Part shown: positions 1-9,039 of the stretch, one piece after another | How the letters are laid out: each line of letters begins with the position of its first letter | How positions within the stretch are numbered: the first letter of the stretch is position 1 | Assembly: GCA_018712405.1 (NCBI GenBank) | Contig: DVHB01000062.1 | Span: 1,684-65,683, forward strand | Reading direction: 5' to 3' | Length of the DNA stretch: 64,000 nt | Origin: Candidatus Coproplasma stercoripullorum | GTDB taxonomy: Bacteria; Bacillota; Clostridia; Christensenellales; Borkfalkiaceae | Made by a program: the position numbers and the translations under genes | Notes under the pieces: generated by a model | Told to the model about the DNA's origin: nothing | Seen by the model: only the letters and a program-made list of their open reading frames with translations | Databases searched by the model: none

Positions 1-22
1 GTTTATAAACGATCACCGCACA

Positions 23-829
23 TTGCTCATTTCGATTGCGATCGGGCTGATGTTTATTGTCATGCTTCTGTCGCTCATATTCTATATATTGGATTTAAAA
101 TCGCTATACCGTCTTGCCGTATGTGTAATTGTATGCCTGATCATTTTTTCCGGCGTATTCTTTGCTATAAGCGCCACAGGCTTTATTAAAGAGATGACGA
201 GCGTGGAGGACCTGCGTGAATTTATCGAAAATTCGGGCGGATATGGCGTGACGGTATGTATGTTTATACTCATTCAGTTTTTACAGGTCGTGCTTCTTCC
301 CATTCCCAGTACTGTCACCGTAATGGCCGGTACTGCTATATTCGGTCCGTGGTGGTGCTCTCTCTACAGTTTTATGGGAATCTTTGTCGGTTCTGTCGTA
401 GCTTTCGCTATAGGCAGATTGCTCGGTTATCGTGTTGTGTGCTGGATAGTCGGCAAAGAGGATCTCGATAAGTGGCTCAAAAAGATAAGGGGAAAGGACT
501 ATCTCATTCTTTCGATAATGTTCCTTCTGCCGCTCTTTCCCGATGACGTGCTCTGCTTTATATCAGGCCTCTCATCGATGACCTGGCCATATTTTATCGT
601 GATGATATTCATAACGCGGGCGCTGTCTATTACGCTTTCCTCGCTGTCGTTCGATTCAATACCGTTCACAACGTGGTGGGGGCTGCTTATATGGGCGGCT
701 ATCATTGCCGCGGTGGTTGCACTGTTCTATTTTGTGATAAAGTATTCCGAGCAGATTGACAGGTTTATAAAGACCAAATTCGGTCTCAGATTTAAAAAGA
801 GAAAATCAGATTCAGACAAAAAGCGGTGA
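23..829 (+). CDS. TVP38/TMEM64 (DedA-related) family integral membrane protein; the frame is open to the window edge, so the true start may lie upstream
   Basis: 268-aa multi-TM ORF with the family-typical segment VVLLPIPSTVTVMAGTAIFGPWW...FAIGRLLG and a basic C-terminal tail. It starts at TTG 23 with no in-frame stop back to position 2. Confidence 0.7.
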   Translation: MLISIAIGLMFIVMLLSLIFYILDLKSLYRLAVCVIVCLIIFSGVFFAISATGFIKEMTSVEDLREFIENSGGYGVTVCMFILIQFLQVVLLPIPSTVTVMAGTAIFGPWWCSLYSFMGIFVGSVVAFAIGRLLGYRVVCWIVGKEDLDKWLKKIRGKDYLILSIMFLLPLFPDDVLCFISGLSSMTWPYFIVMIFITRALSITLSSLSFDSIPFTTWWGLLIWAAIIAAVVALFYFVIKYSEQIDRFIKTKFGLRFKKRKSDSDKKR

Positions 830-850
830 GCATGATCTTACCGTTTTTTC
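824..850 (+). terminator. Rho-independent terminator candidate
   Basis: CGGTGAG / CTTACCG stem (one G-T pair) overlapping the stop codon, followed by TTTTTT. Confidence 0.5.
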
Positions 851-962
851 TTTTGCTATTTATGCGAAGTATTATGTCTGATATAATTGTTTCTGTTTTT
901 CGGTTGTAAACAGCGCACTTAAAGTGTGAATAAATTTTATTAAGTAAAACATTATCAATTTA

Positions 963-991
963 TTGATTTTGAAATTTTAATCTGTTATAAT
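963..991 (+). promoter_or_regulatory. Sigma-A type promoter for the decarboxylase operon
   Basis: TTGATT (963-968), 17-nt spacer, TATAAT (986-991), about 40 nt upstream of the 1031 start. Confidence 0.55.
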
Positions 992-1030
992 ATCTTTAAA
1001 GCGATATTTACCGAGAGGGGAGATGTTTAT

Positions 1031-2398
1031 ATGGATAAAATCAGGATGCTTCAGGACCGCCGCAGCGCCGTCAAATCGGCGGGGAAGTCGGTGCGCGCCG
1101 ACATCGCCGCGCTGTGCGACGAGGGCAGCTTTGTTGAACTCTCTACGTTCAGCTTCTCAAAGAGCGAACTGTTTCCCGAGGGGGCTGCCGGCGAGGGGGT
1201 AGTCGCGGGGTTTATAACAATCGACGGCTATCCGTTCTGTGTTGTGGCGCAAAACGGCGAGGTTCTCGGCGGAGGCGTTTCCGAGGCAGGTTGTAAAAAA
1301 ATTGCAAAGTGCCTTTCGGGCGCCGAAAAGAGCAACACGCCGGTAATTTATGTGCTGAGTTCAAAAGGCGTTCGAATAGGCGAGGGGGTGAACGCTCTCG
1401 AGGGGCTTGCCGAAGTACTTTTAAAGGCCGCGCAGCTGAAAGGTTCCGTGCTCCAGTTCTGCATTATAGACGGTGAAGTGTACGGCCAAATCGCGGCGCT
1501 TGCGGCGATCTGTGACTTCAGTTTCTTTATAAAGAATAAGAGTGTGCTTGCTGAAAACAGTCCGCTCGTGCTTGCCGCAAAGAGCGGAGTAAACGCTTCC
1601 GCAAAGGAGCTTGGCGGGGCTGACGGATTAAAGAATGCCAATCTTGTAGCTTTTAATGTTGACTCGGTTTCCGAAGTCAGAAAGAAAATACTTGCTATAA
1701 CTTCCGCCGTGTCTCCCGCAGTCGTCGATTGTGACGAGATGAACACAGTTGTCGAGGCGCTCAACTCAACGCCTTCTGCTGAAAATCTGTTAAAATTGTT
1801 TGACGGCGGCAGTTTAGTCGAGGTGGGTTCGTTATATTCGCCTGAAGTAAAGTGCGTTCTTGGCAGAATGGGTGGGATTTCCTGTGCTGCGATCATATTC
1901 GGCGGTGACGGGGTTCTGCTTGACGCGGCGAAAGTAAGAAAAATTAAAGATTTTGCCGAGCTTGCCTGTTGCCGCGAACTTCCGCTTGTATTCTTTGTAA
2001 ATTGCGCCGGACTGCGACCCGATATCGCCACGCACGACAGTCTTGTTTTAAAGGAGATAGCTGAACTTATCAATGTGCTCGACTGTTGCGACAAGAAGGT
2101 TTCCGTCATAAGCGGTAAGGCGGTCGGACTCGGTTACACGTTGTTTGCCGCCAAGAGTATGGGATATGACTATACGTTCGCGTTTGCAACTGCAAAAGTC
2201 GCGCTATTTGACGGCGTTCAGGGCGCGGAGATAGAATTTGCCGGAGAAAATGTTGGGAAAGAGATGCTTGAGAAGCGTTATTCCGAAGAAACTTCCGACC
2301 CTGTCAATGCGGCCAGGAACGGTTATATCGACAACATTATAGAACCTGCGTTTGCCAAGCAGTATATTGTTGCATGTCTGCAGACGCTGCTTCCGTGA
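1031..2398 (+). CDS. Divergent acyl-CoA carboxyltransferase-domain protein (MmdA/GcdA/12S-like), shorter than typical family members
   Basis: Two-lobed carboxyl-transferase pattern is recognisable (DEGSFVEL..., GFITIDGYPFCVVAQN, VLGGGVSEAGCKKIAK, second lobe GGISCAAIIFGG...LPLVFFVNCAGL...GKAVGLGY). Several usually conserved Gly-rich motifs are altered. RBS GAGAGGGGAG lies upstream. Confidence 0.7.
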   Translation: MDKIRMLQDRRSAVKSAGKSVRADIAALCDEGSFVELSTFSFSKSELFPEGAAGEGVVAGFITIDGYPFCVVAQNGEVLGGGVSEAGCKKIAKCLSGAEKSNTPVIYVLSSKGVRIGEGVNALEGLAEVLLKAAQLKGSVLQFCIIDGEVYGQIAALAAICDFSFFIKNKSVLAENSPLVLAAKSGVNASAKELGGADGLKNANLVAFNVDSVSEVRKKILAITSAVSPAVVDCDEMNTVVEALNSTPSAENLLKLFDGGSLVEVGSLYSPEVKCVLGRMGGISCAAIIFGGDGVLLDAAKVRKIKDFAELACCRELPLVFFVNCAGLRPDIATHDSLVLKEIAELINVLDCCDKKVSVISGKAVGLGYTLFAAKSMGYDYTFAFATAKVALFDGVQGAEIEFAGENVGKEMLEKRYSEETSDPVNAARNGYIDNIIEPAFAKQYIVACLQTLLP

Positions 2399-2406
2399 GG
2401 TGAACG

Positions 2407-2757
2407 ATGAACAGCGCGCTTTTAGATATTGTTCAGGGTGAAAACGGCAGTTATTATTTTGAAAACGCGGCGGAGAGTCTTATATATGCTCTCATAGGCA
2501 TAGCGGTTGTGTTTGTCGGAATTGCTTTGCTTATTGCTATACTCTATCTCGTGGGTTTCATAATAAAAAAGATTGAAAAAGCCAAACTTTCGGTTGGTAA
2601 AAACAAGGCCTCGGCTGTGCCTCAGGATGGTGAAGCGACAGCCGATGCAGATGTGCCCGACGAGGTAAAGGCGGCAATAGTTGCCGCGATCATGGTTTAT
2701 TACAGTAAAGAAAAACCTCAGTGCGACTTTGTCGTCAGAAAAATTAAGAGGTTATAA
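2407..2757 (+). CDS. OadG/MmdD-like small membrane subunit of Na+-translocating decarboxylase
   Basis: 116 aa with a single N-terminal TM helix (IYALIGIAVVFVGIALLIAILYLVGFII), a Pro/Ala/Asp linker and a C-terminal AAIVAAIMVYY motif. It sits between the carboxyltransferase and the biotin carrier. Confidence 0.65.
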   Translation: MNSALLDIVQGENGSYYFENAAESLIYALIGIAVVFVGIALLIAILYLVGFIIKKIEKAKLSVGKNKASAVPQDGEATADADVPDEVKAAIVAAIMVYYSKEKPQCDFVVRKIKRL

Positions 2758-2771
2758 AGGAGGGGAAAATT

Positions 2772-3128
2772 ATGCGAAATTTTATCGTTACCATAGACGG
2801 AAAGAGCTATTCCGTAGGCGTTGAAGAGGTGGAGAGCGGCGTTACTCCCGCTCCCGTGCAGACGGCCCAAACGGCGTCCGCATCCGTAAAACCCGCCGCA
2901 CCGGCGGCCGTACCCGAGGGTGAAAAAGTGCTTTCGCCTTTTCCCGGTATAATTAAAAATCTGCTTGTGGAAAACGGTGCCAAAGTTAAAAAGAATCAGC
3001 CCGTCATAGTCATGGAGGCTATGAAGATGGACAACGATATCACCGCCCCGTGCGACGGTACGGTTACGTTTGCCGTGATAAAGGGAGCAAACGTTGAGAC
3101 GGGTACTGTTCTTGCAGTCATAAGCTAA
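2772..3128 (+). CDS. Biotin carboxyl carrier protein (biotinyl domain, 1.3S/MmdC-like)
   Basis: 118 aa with an Ala/Pro-rich linker and the biotinylation motif VMEAMKMDNDI. Strong RBS AAGGAGGGG. Confidence 0.85.
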   Translation: MRNFIVTIDGKSYSVGVEEVESGVTPAPVQTAQTASASVKPAAPAAVPEGEKVLSPFPGIIKNLLVENGAKVKKNQPVIVMEAMKMDNDITAPCDGTVTFAVIKGANVETGTVLAVIS

Positions 3129-3143
3129 GGCGGAGGTAAACAG

Positions 3144-4403
3144 ATGCATAGTTTACTTGCGGTGGATATCGGCGGGATATTCTCCGGGCTCTACGAGCAG
3201 ATGGGGTTCATGAACGGCGACTGGCAGAATTACGTCATGTTGCTGATATCATTTGTTCTGATGTACCTCGCCATCGTGAGAAAGTTCGAGCCGCTTCTGC
3301 TGCTGCCCATAGCCTTCGGCATGTTTCTCATAAACATTCCCGGCGCTTCCGAGCAGCTTTGGGGCACATATCCCACCGACCCTGAAACAGGTGAGATCAT
3401 CAGCAATGCGTATGACGATGTTGAGAACAGAGGGCTCTTGTGGTATCTCTATTTCGGCGTGGATAAAGTTATATACCCGCCGCTGATATTCCTCGGCATA
3501 GGCGCTATGACCGACTTCGGCCCGCTCATTGCCAATCCCAAGAGCATGCTCATCGGCGCGGGTGCACAGCTCGGCATATTCATAGCGTTCGTGCTGGCGA
3601 TACTTCTCGGCTTCTCTGTAGCGGCGGCTGCGGCGATAGCTATGATAGGCGGCGCCGACGGCCCCACGGCGATATACGTAACAAAGATACTTTCAGAGTC
3701 GTATCTGCCGGCGATAGCCATTGCGGCCTATTCGTATATGGCGCTCATACCAATAATACAGAAGCCGCTCATGCGCCTTCTGACCACCAAAAAAGAACGC
3801 TTGATAAAGATGGAGCAGCTCCGCACGGTATCCAAGCTCGAAAAGGTACTGTTCCCGCTTATAGTTACGCTTGTCGTCGGTATTATTCTGCCTTCGGCGA
3901 TAGCCCTTCTTGGCATGCTCATGCTGGGCAATCTTTTCAGGGAGTCGGGCGTTGTCGAGAGACTGTCCTCGCAGGTGCAGAACGGCTTGATGAACACGAT
4001 CACTGTTTTCCTCGGAATCTCTGTCGGCTGTAAAGCCACGGGTGAGATGTTCCTGGCCCTTTCAACTCTCGAAATTATAGGCCTCGGCCTTCTGTCGTTC
4101 GTATTCGGCACTATCGGCGGCCTTCTTATAGCAAAGCTCATGTGCAAGCTCACAAAAGGCAAGATCAACCCTCTCATCGGTTCGGCGGGCGTTTCGGCCG
4201 TTCCTATGGCGGCGCGAATATCGGAGGACGTCGGGCGCGAGTACGATCCTCAGAACCATCTTCTGATGCATGCCATGGGGCCCAATGTGGCGGGCGTAAT
4301 AGCTTCGGCTATTGCGGCGGGTTTCCTGCTTGCGTGCTTCACTGCATTTGCCGACGTCGGTACGGTTTCCGCAGCTTTGGAAGCGGTGGGCGCTGTTGCC
4401 TGA
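3144..4403 (+). CDS. Sodium ion-translocating decarboxylase beta subunit (OadB/MmdB/GcdB family)
   Basis: 419-aa polytopic membrane protein with family-typical segments (LLLLPIAFGMFLINIPG, GGADGPTAIY, NPLIGSAGVSAVPMAAR). Confidence 0.85.
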   Translation: MHSLLAVDIGGIFSGLYEQMGFMNGDWQNYVMLLISFVLMYLAIVRKFEPLLLLPIAFGMFLINIPGASEQLWGTYPTDPETGEIISNAYDDVENRGLLWYLYFGVDKVIYPPLIFLGIGAMTDFGPLIANPKSMLIGAGAQLGIFIAFVLAILLGFSVAAAAAIAMIGGADGPTAIYVTKILSESYLPAIAIAAYSYMALIPIIQKPLMRLLTTKKERLIKMEQLRTVSKLEKVLFPLIVTLVVGIILPSAIALLGMLMLGNLFRESGVVERLSSQVQNGLMNTITVFLGISVGCKATGEMFLALSTLEIIGLGLLSFVFGTIGGLLIAKLMCKLTKGKINPLIGSAGVSAVPMAARISEDVGREYDPQNHLLMHAMGPNVAGVIASAIAAGFLLACFTAFADVGTVSAALEAVGAVA

Positions 4404-4484
4404 TGTCAATGCCCATAACTCAGTAATTTTTGTGTATGCATACAGTCATAGTGCGGCAACAGCCGCAGCTTAAGGGGTGTTTAT

Positions 4485-5924
4485 ATGTCTGATAAAACCA
4501 AAGTTACGCATAAAGTGATGATAACTGATACAATACTTCGCGATGCGCATCAGTCGCTTGCGGCAACGCGCATGCGCTGGGACGAAATAGAGCCTGTGCT
4601 TTCTCAGCTTGACGAGATAGGCTATTATTCGCTCGAGGCGTGGGGAGGGGCGACGTTCGATACCTGTCTCAGATTTCTGTGTGAGGATCCGTGGGATAGG
4701 CTTAAGAATTTAAAGAAATATCTTAAAAAGACGCCTATACAGATGTTGCTCCGCGGGCAGAATCTCTTGGGATATCGTCACTACGCCGACGATGTGGTCG
4801 AAAAATTTATTGAAAAGGCGATAGAGAACGGTGTGGGAGTAATCAGGGTATTCGACGCGCTCAACGATGTTCGCAATCTCGAAACTTCCATGAAGGCTAT
4901 AAAGAAATACGGCGCGGGCAGGTGCGTGTGTGAAGCTGCGATATCATATACGACCAGTCCAGTGCACACCACCGAGTATTTTGTAAAACTTGCAAAGACG
5001 CTCGAGGACATGGGCGCAGATAATATCTGCATAAAGGATATGGCCAATCTTTTGCTTCCTTTTACGGCGTACGAGGTTGTAAAAGAGATAAAAGAGGAAC
5101 TGCGGCCGGAGACAAAGGTACACGTTCACACGCACAATACGACTGGCACAGGTGATATGATAAATCTTATGGCCATACAGGCAGGCGCCGACATTGTTGA
5201 CTGTGCGCTTTCGCCCTTGGGGAACGGTACTTCAAATCCCGCAACCGAGCCGCTTGTGGCAACTTTAAAGGGCACGCCTTATGATACGGGTATAGATATA
5301 AATAAGTTGCTGCCCATAGTAAATCACTTCAATAAGGTTGCTGCAAGACTTGAAAAGGACGGTTTTCTCTCTGCAAGGGTGAGGAAGGTGGACATCAATA
5401 CCCTCCTGTATCAGGTTCCCGGCGGAATGCTTTCCAACCTTATAAGCCAGCTCAAAGCTGCAGGTAAGGAAGATAAACTCATGGAATGTCTTTCCGAAGT
5501 TCCTGTCGTAAGAAAGGATTGCGGCTATCCTCCGCTTGTCACGCCCTCCAGCCAGATAGTTGGCACGCAGGCGGTGTGGAACGTGCTTGCGGGAAGATAT
5601 AAGACGCTCACTGCGCAGTATAAAGATCTGATACTCGGCAAATACGGCAAGGTGCCGGGAGAGGTTTCGCCGGAGGTATTAAAGTTGTGCACGGCGCACG
5701 GCGAAGAGGCTATAACATGCAGGCCTGCTGATCTTTTGAGCGGCGAGTTGCAGCGCCTTACTGAAGAGGTTAAGAGTTCTGGTTATTATCAGAAAGAGGA
5801 GGATGTATTAAGTTATGCCCTCTTCCCCGAGGTAGCAACAAGCTTCTTCAAATGGCGCAAGGCACGCGAGACAGGTGTCGATGATGACATGGCGAAAAAT
5901 TCTGACGGGGTCTATCCCGTATAA
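4485..5924 (+). CDS. Oxaloacetate decarboxylase alpha / pyruvate carboxylase subunit B / transcarboxylase 5S-like carboxyltransferase, lacking its own biotinyl domain
   Basis: N-terminal ITDTILRDAHQSLAATRMR and HVHTHNTTGTG (HMGL-like TIM barrel), followed by a conserved C-terminal region. 479 aa with no AMKM motif. Confidence 0.85.
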   Translation: MSDKTKVTHKVMITDTILRDAHQSLAATRMRWDEIEPVLSQLDEIGYYSLEAWGGATFDTCLRFLCEDPWDRLKNLKKYLKKTPIQMLLRGQNLLGYRHYADDVVEKFIEKAIENGVGVIRVFDALNDVRNLETSMKAIKKYGAGRCVCEAAISYTTSPVHTTEYFVKLAKTLEDMGADNICIKDMANLLLPFTAYEVVKEIKEELRPETKVHVHTHNTTGTGDMINLMAIQAGADIVDCALSPLGNGTSNPATEPLVATLKGTPYDTGIDINKLLPIVNHFNKVAARLEKDGFLSARVRKVDINTLLYQVPGGMLSNLISQLKAAGKEDKLMECLSEVPVVRKDCGYPPLVTPSSQIVGTQAVWNVLAGRYKTLTAQYKDLILGKYGKVPGEVSPEVLKLCTAHGEEAITCRPADLLSGELQRLTEEVKSSGYYQKEEDVLSYALFPEVATSFFKWRKARETGVDDDMAKNSDGVYPV

Positions 5925-5938
5925 AATATAATATTATG

Positions 5939-5970
5939 CGGCGGGAGCGCAGAACGCGTTCCCGCTTTTT
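5939..5970 (+). terminator. Rho-independent terminator after the decarboxylase operon
   Basis: GC-rich hairpin GCGGGAGCG...CGC.TTCCCGC followed by TTTTT. Confidence 0.6.
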
Positions 5971-5979
5971 AAGGTTAAG

Positions 5980-7206
5980 ATGAAAGTTGCGGTGATAGGC
6001 GGAGGCGCCGCGGGGCTGATGGCCGCTTATACGGCGGCCGAAGGCGGAGCGCAGGTCACGCTGTTCGAAAAGAATGAAAAGTGCGGCAAAAAGATATATA
6101 TAACTGGTAAGGGAAGATGCAACGTCACCAATGACTGCGGAGCGCAGGAGTACCTTACGCACGTCGTCCGCGGCAGCAAATTTTTAATGGGCGCTGTATA
6201 TTCATTTCCTCCGCGCTCTTTGATGGACTTTCTTGAAAGCGGAGGATTAAAGTTAAAGACAGAGCGCGGCAACAGGGTTTTTCCCGCTTCCGACAAGGCG
6301 AGCGATGTCACGAAGTGCCTCGAAAATTACTGCAGAAATGCGGGCGTAGAGATATGTTTTAACAGCGAAATTTTAAATTTGAGTATTTTAAATAGTACTA
6401 TGCGTGGAATAATCACTCAAAACGGCGAGCTTTTGTTCGATAGGGTGATAGTCTGCACGGGCGGCAAGAGCTATCCTTCCACGGGCTCTACCGGAGACGG
6501 ATATAGGTTTGCCGAACACGCTGGTCACAGCATAGTTCCGCCCGTGCCATCGCTCTGCGGAGTTAATTTAAGTGGCGACTACTTTAGGGGCATGCAGGGG
6601 CTTTCCCTCAGAAACGTCGCCTTAAAGGTGTATGTCGGAGGCAAACTTGCGAGTGAGCTGTTCGGCGAGATGCAGTTCACGCATTTCGGCGCCTCTGGAC
6701 CGCTCATCCTCACGGCGAGCGCGCTTATAAACCGTGAGCGGACAGAAAACGTCAGACTTGTGCTCGATTTTAAGCCCGCGCTTGACGACGAGCAGCTCGA
6801 CAGGCGCCTGTTGCGCGATTTCGAGGGAGACAAGAACAAGGATTTATCCAACTGTCTGAAGGCGCTGTTGCCAGCTTCGCTCATAGAGCCGCTTCTTGCA
6901 CGATGCGGTATCGCTGCGTGGAAGAAGGTGAATTCCGTTACTAAAGCAGAGCGTGCGGCGTTGTTGACAAATATCAAAAACTTTGATATGCTCTTTTTGT
7001 CGCTGCGCGGCTTTGAAGAGGCTGTAGTTACGAGCGGAGGAGTAGATCTTAAAGAGATCAATCCGAAGACAATGGAGAGCAAACTTGTAAATGGATTGTA
7101 TTTTTGCGGCGAGGTGCTCGACTGCGATGCATTTACGGGCGGCTTTAACCTGCAGATAGCCTTTTCGACCGGCTATGCGGCGGGGCGCGCCGCGGCGAAG
7201 GCGTGA
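5980..7206 (+). CDS. NAD(P)/FAD-dependent oxidoreductase, HI0933/BaiN family flavoprotein
   Basis: MKVAVIGGGAAGLMAA Rossmann motif, ITGKGRCNVTN, and C-terminal GLYFCGEVLDCDAFTGGFNLQIAFSTG. Confidence 0.85.
   Translation: MKVAVIGGGAAGLMAAYTAAEGGAQVTLFEKNEKCGKKIYITGKGRCNVTNDCGAQEYLTHVVRGSKFLMGAVYSFPPRSLMDFLESGGLKLKTERGNRVFPASDKASDVTKCLENYCRNAGVEICFNSEILNLSILNSTMRGIITQNGELLFDRVIVCTGGKSYPSTGSTGDGYRFAEHAGHSIVPPVPSLCGVNLSGDYFRGMQGLSLRNVALKVYVGGKLASELFGEMQFTHFGASGPLILTASALINRERTENVRLVLDFKPALDDEQLDRRLLRDFEGDKNKDLSNCLKALLPASLIEPLLARCGIAAWKKVNSVTKAERAALLTNIKNFDMLFLSLRGFEEAVVTSGGVDLKEINPKTMESKLVNGLYFCGEVLDCDAFTGGFNLQIAFSTGYAAGRAAAKA
6391..6410 (+). repeat. Copy of the recurrent motif (AATAGTACTATGCGTGGAAT)
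   Basis: Contains the palindromic core ATAGTACTAT plus the GYGTG extension. AGT ACT ATG is in frame in the BaiN-like CDS (NSTMRG). Confidence 0.6.
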
Positions 7207-7288
7207 TGCGTGTGTGCGCGATATAGCTTTTATTGTAATCTGAATTTGAATTTTATTTTGAATTTAATGCGGAGGAAACGAGTAAAAT

Positions 7289-8296
7289 ATGATAGCCATA
7301 CGCGGGGCGACCACTGTGGCCGCCGATACTCCTGATGATATAAGGGAAGCCGTTAAGGAACTTTTAACGGAAATTAGAAATGTAAACGGCCTTTCGGCTG
7401 AAAACATCGTATGTATAATGTTTTCAAGCACGGGCGACATTACGTCGTTTTATCCCGCCAAGGCTGCAAGGGAGGCAGGATTTTCCGATTGTCCGCTCTT
7501 TTCCTCGCTCGAGCCGCCCATTTCCGGTTCGCTTAAGTTGTGTATACGCGTTATGATCCTCGCGGAGATAGCGGGCAGGGCCGGCCATGTGTATTTGCGC
7601 GGTGCTGAAAACCTGCGCCGCGACATAACAAAAAAACTTGTTATAGCGCTCGACGGCCCTGCGGGCAGCGGAAAAACCACCGCAGCCAAGAACCTTGCCA
7701 GAGAGCTGAATATTTTGTATCTTGACACAGGCGCAATGTATCGCGCCTGCGCTCTTGCGTGCGTAAACGCCGGCGCAGATCTTTCGGATGAAAAGTCGGT
7801 AAAGCGGGTTATCGATAATATCGACCTCAGAATAGAGTATTCTGACGGCAGGCAGCTCACCGAGCTCGACGGAAGGGACGTCTCTGAGGATATACGCCGT
7901 CCCGAGATATCTCAGCTTGCTTCAAAGGTTTCGGCCTACGGCTGTGTACGGCGCAAGATGGTGGAGATGCAGCGCAGGATAGCGGCTACAATGTCGTGCG
8001 TAATGGACGGGCGGGATATAGGCACAAACGTGCTTCCTAACGCCGAGCACAAATTCTATATCACAGCTTCTGTGGAAGTCCGTGCAATGCGCCGTTTTGC
8101 CGAAGACAGAGCCAAGGGGTACAGCGTTTCTTACGAGAATATAGTAAAAGATATCCGCGAGCGCGACAAGCGCGACAGCGAAAGGGAGATAGCTCCCTTA
8201 AAGTGCGCCGATGACGCCGTAATTGTGGATACCTCGGCGCTCACGCCCGAGCAGACGGTAGAGTTCATTAAGAATAAGATACAGGAAAAGATCTGA
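7289..8296 (+). CDS. cmk: Fusion protein: AroH-type chorismate mutase (N-terminal, about 115 aa) + cytidylate kinase
   Basis: N-terminus MIAIRGATTV...DDIREAV...FYPAKAARE...LKLCIRVMIL...HVYLRGAENLRRD resembles B. subtilis AroH. The C-terminal part has IALDGPAGSGKTT...LDTGAMYRA, typical of Cmk. Confidence 0.8.
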   Translation: MIAIRGATTVAADTPDDIREAVKELLTEIRNVNGLSAENIVCIMFSSTGDITSFYPAKAAREAGFSDCPLFSSLEPPISGSLKLCIRVMILAEIAGRAGHVYLRGAENLRRDITKKLVIALDGPAGSGKTTAAKNLARELNILYLDTGAMYRACALACVNAGADLSDEKSVKRVIDNIDLRIEYSDGRQLTELDGRDVSEDIRRPEISQLASKVSAYGCVRRKMVEMQRRIAATMSCVMDGRDIGTNVLPNAEHKFYITASVEVRAMRRFAEDRAKGYSVSYENIVKDIRERDKRDSEREIAPLKCADDAVIVDTSALTPEQTVEFIKNKIQEKI

Positions 8297-9039
8297 TGGA
8301 AAATCAACCTAACGATATTAACAGGGAAAAAGCTAAAGAAGTCAAGAAAAAACAGCGCGCCGACAGGGCGTATGTCCGCTGGTTTGCTTTTTTGCGTTTT
8401 GCGGAAAAGGTACTCAGGGTTTTTTATCCGTATGTTCGGCACGACGCCGTGGAAAAGTATGAAGACAGGCCGTATGTTCTTTTATGCAACCATTTCAGAA
8501 TGGTGGATGTGATGTACCCTTGTGCAGCAATGAAAAAGCCTGTGCACTTCATGGCTAAAACCGAGTTGTGGGAGAACGGCTTTCTGCATTGGTTCTGCAA
8601 CAAATGCAGGTGCATACCCGTTAGCCGCGACGGGTCAGGCACCGACGTAAAGGCGATCATGCAGTCTATGAAATACTTAAAGAGCGGTGAAAATATTCTC
8701 ATCTATCCCGAAGGAACGAGAAACAAAGAAAACGTTGACATGCTTCCTTTTAAGGGGGGCTTTGCCGCCATTGCAATTAAGACAAGAACGCCTATTGTTC
8801 CCATAGTGCAGTCGGGCAAACCCCGCCTGTTTAGAAAGTCGCACGTGTTCTACGGCGCGCCTATCGAATTTCCCGAATATTACGGCAAAAAGCTCACAGA
8901 AGAGGAAATAGCCGAGTGCGAAAAGCGCGTGAGAGATATAATGGTCAAAACGCGCACGGATTTTCTCGCCTCTCAGGCAGCGGAAAGAGCGTCCAAAGCG
9001 GCAAAGAAACAGAAAAAATCAGACAGGTCCGAGAAATGA
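8296..9039 (+). CDS. plsC: 1-acyl-sn-glycerol-3-phosphate acyltransferase
   Basis: NHFRMVD (HX4D) and YPEGTR acyltransferase motifs. The start shares its ATG with the cmk stop (ATGA overlap). Confidence 0.8.
   Translation: MENQPNDINREKAKEVKKKQRADRAYVRWFAFLRFAEKVLRVFYPYVRHDAVEKYEDRPYVLLCNHFRMVDVMYPCAAMKKPVHFMAKTELWENGFLHWFCNKCRCIPVSRDGSGTDVKAIMQSMKYLKSGENILIYPEGTRNKENVDMLPFKGGFAAIAIKTRTPIVPIVQSGKPRLFRKSHVFYGAPIEFPEYYGKKLTEEEIAECEKRVRDIMVKTRTDFLASQAAERASKAAKKQKKSDRSEK

Noticed and set aside
8916-9035. Upstream extension of the ispH-rpsA ORF (the ORF track starts it at 8916)
   Set aside because: The extension overlaps plsC in another frame and encodes non-conserved sequence. The canonical IspH N-terminus MNVILAKNSGFCSGV begins at ATG 9036.
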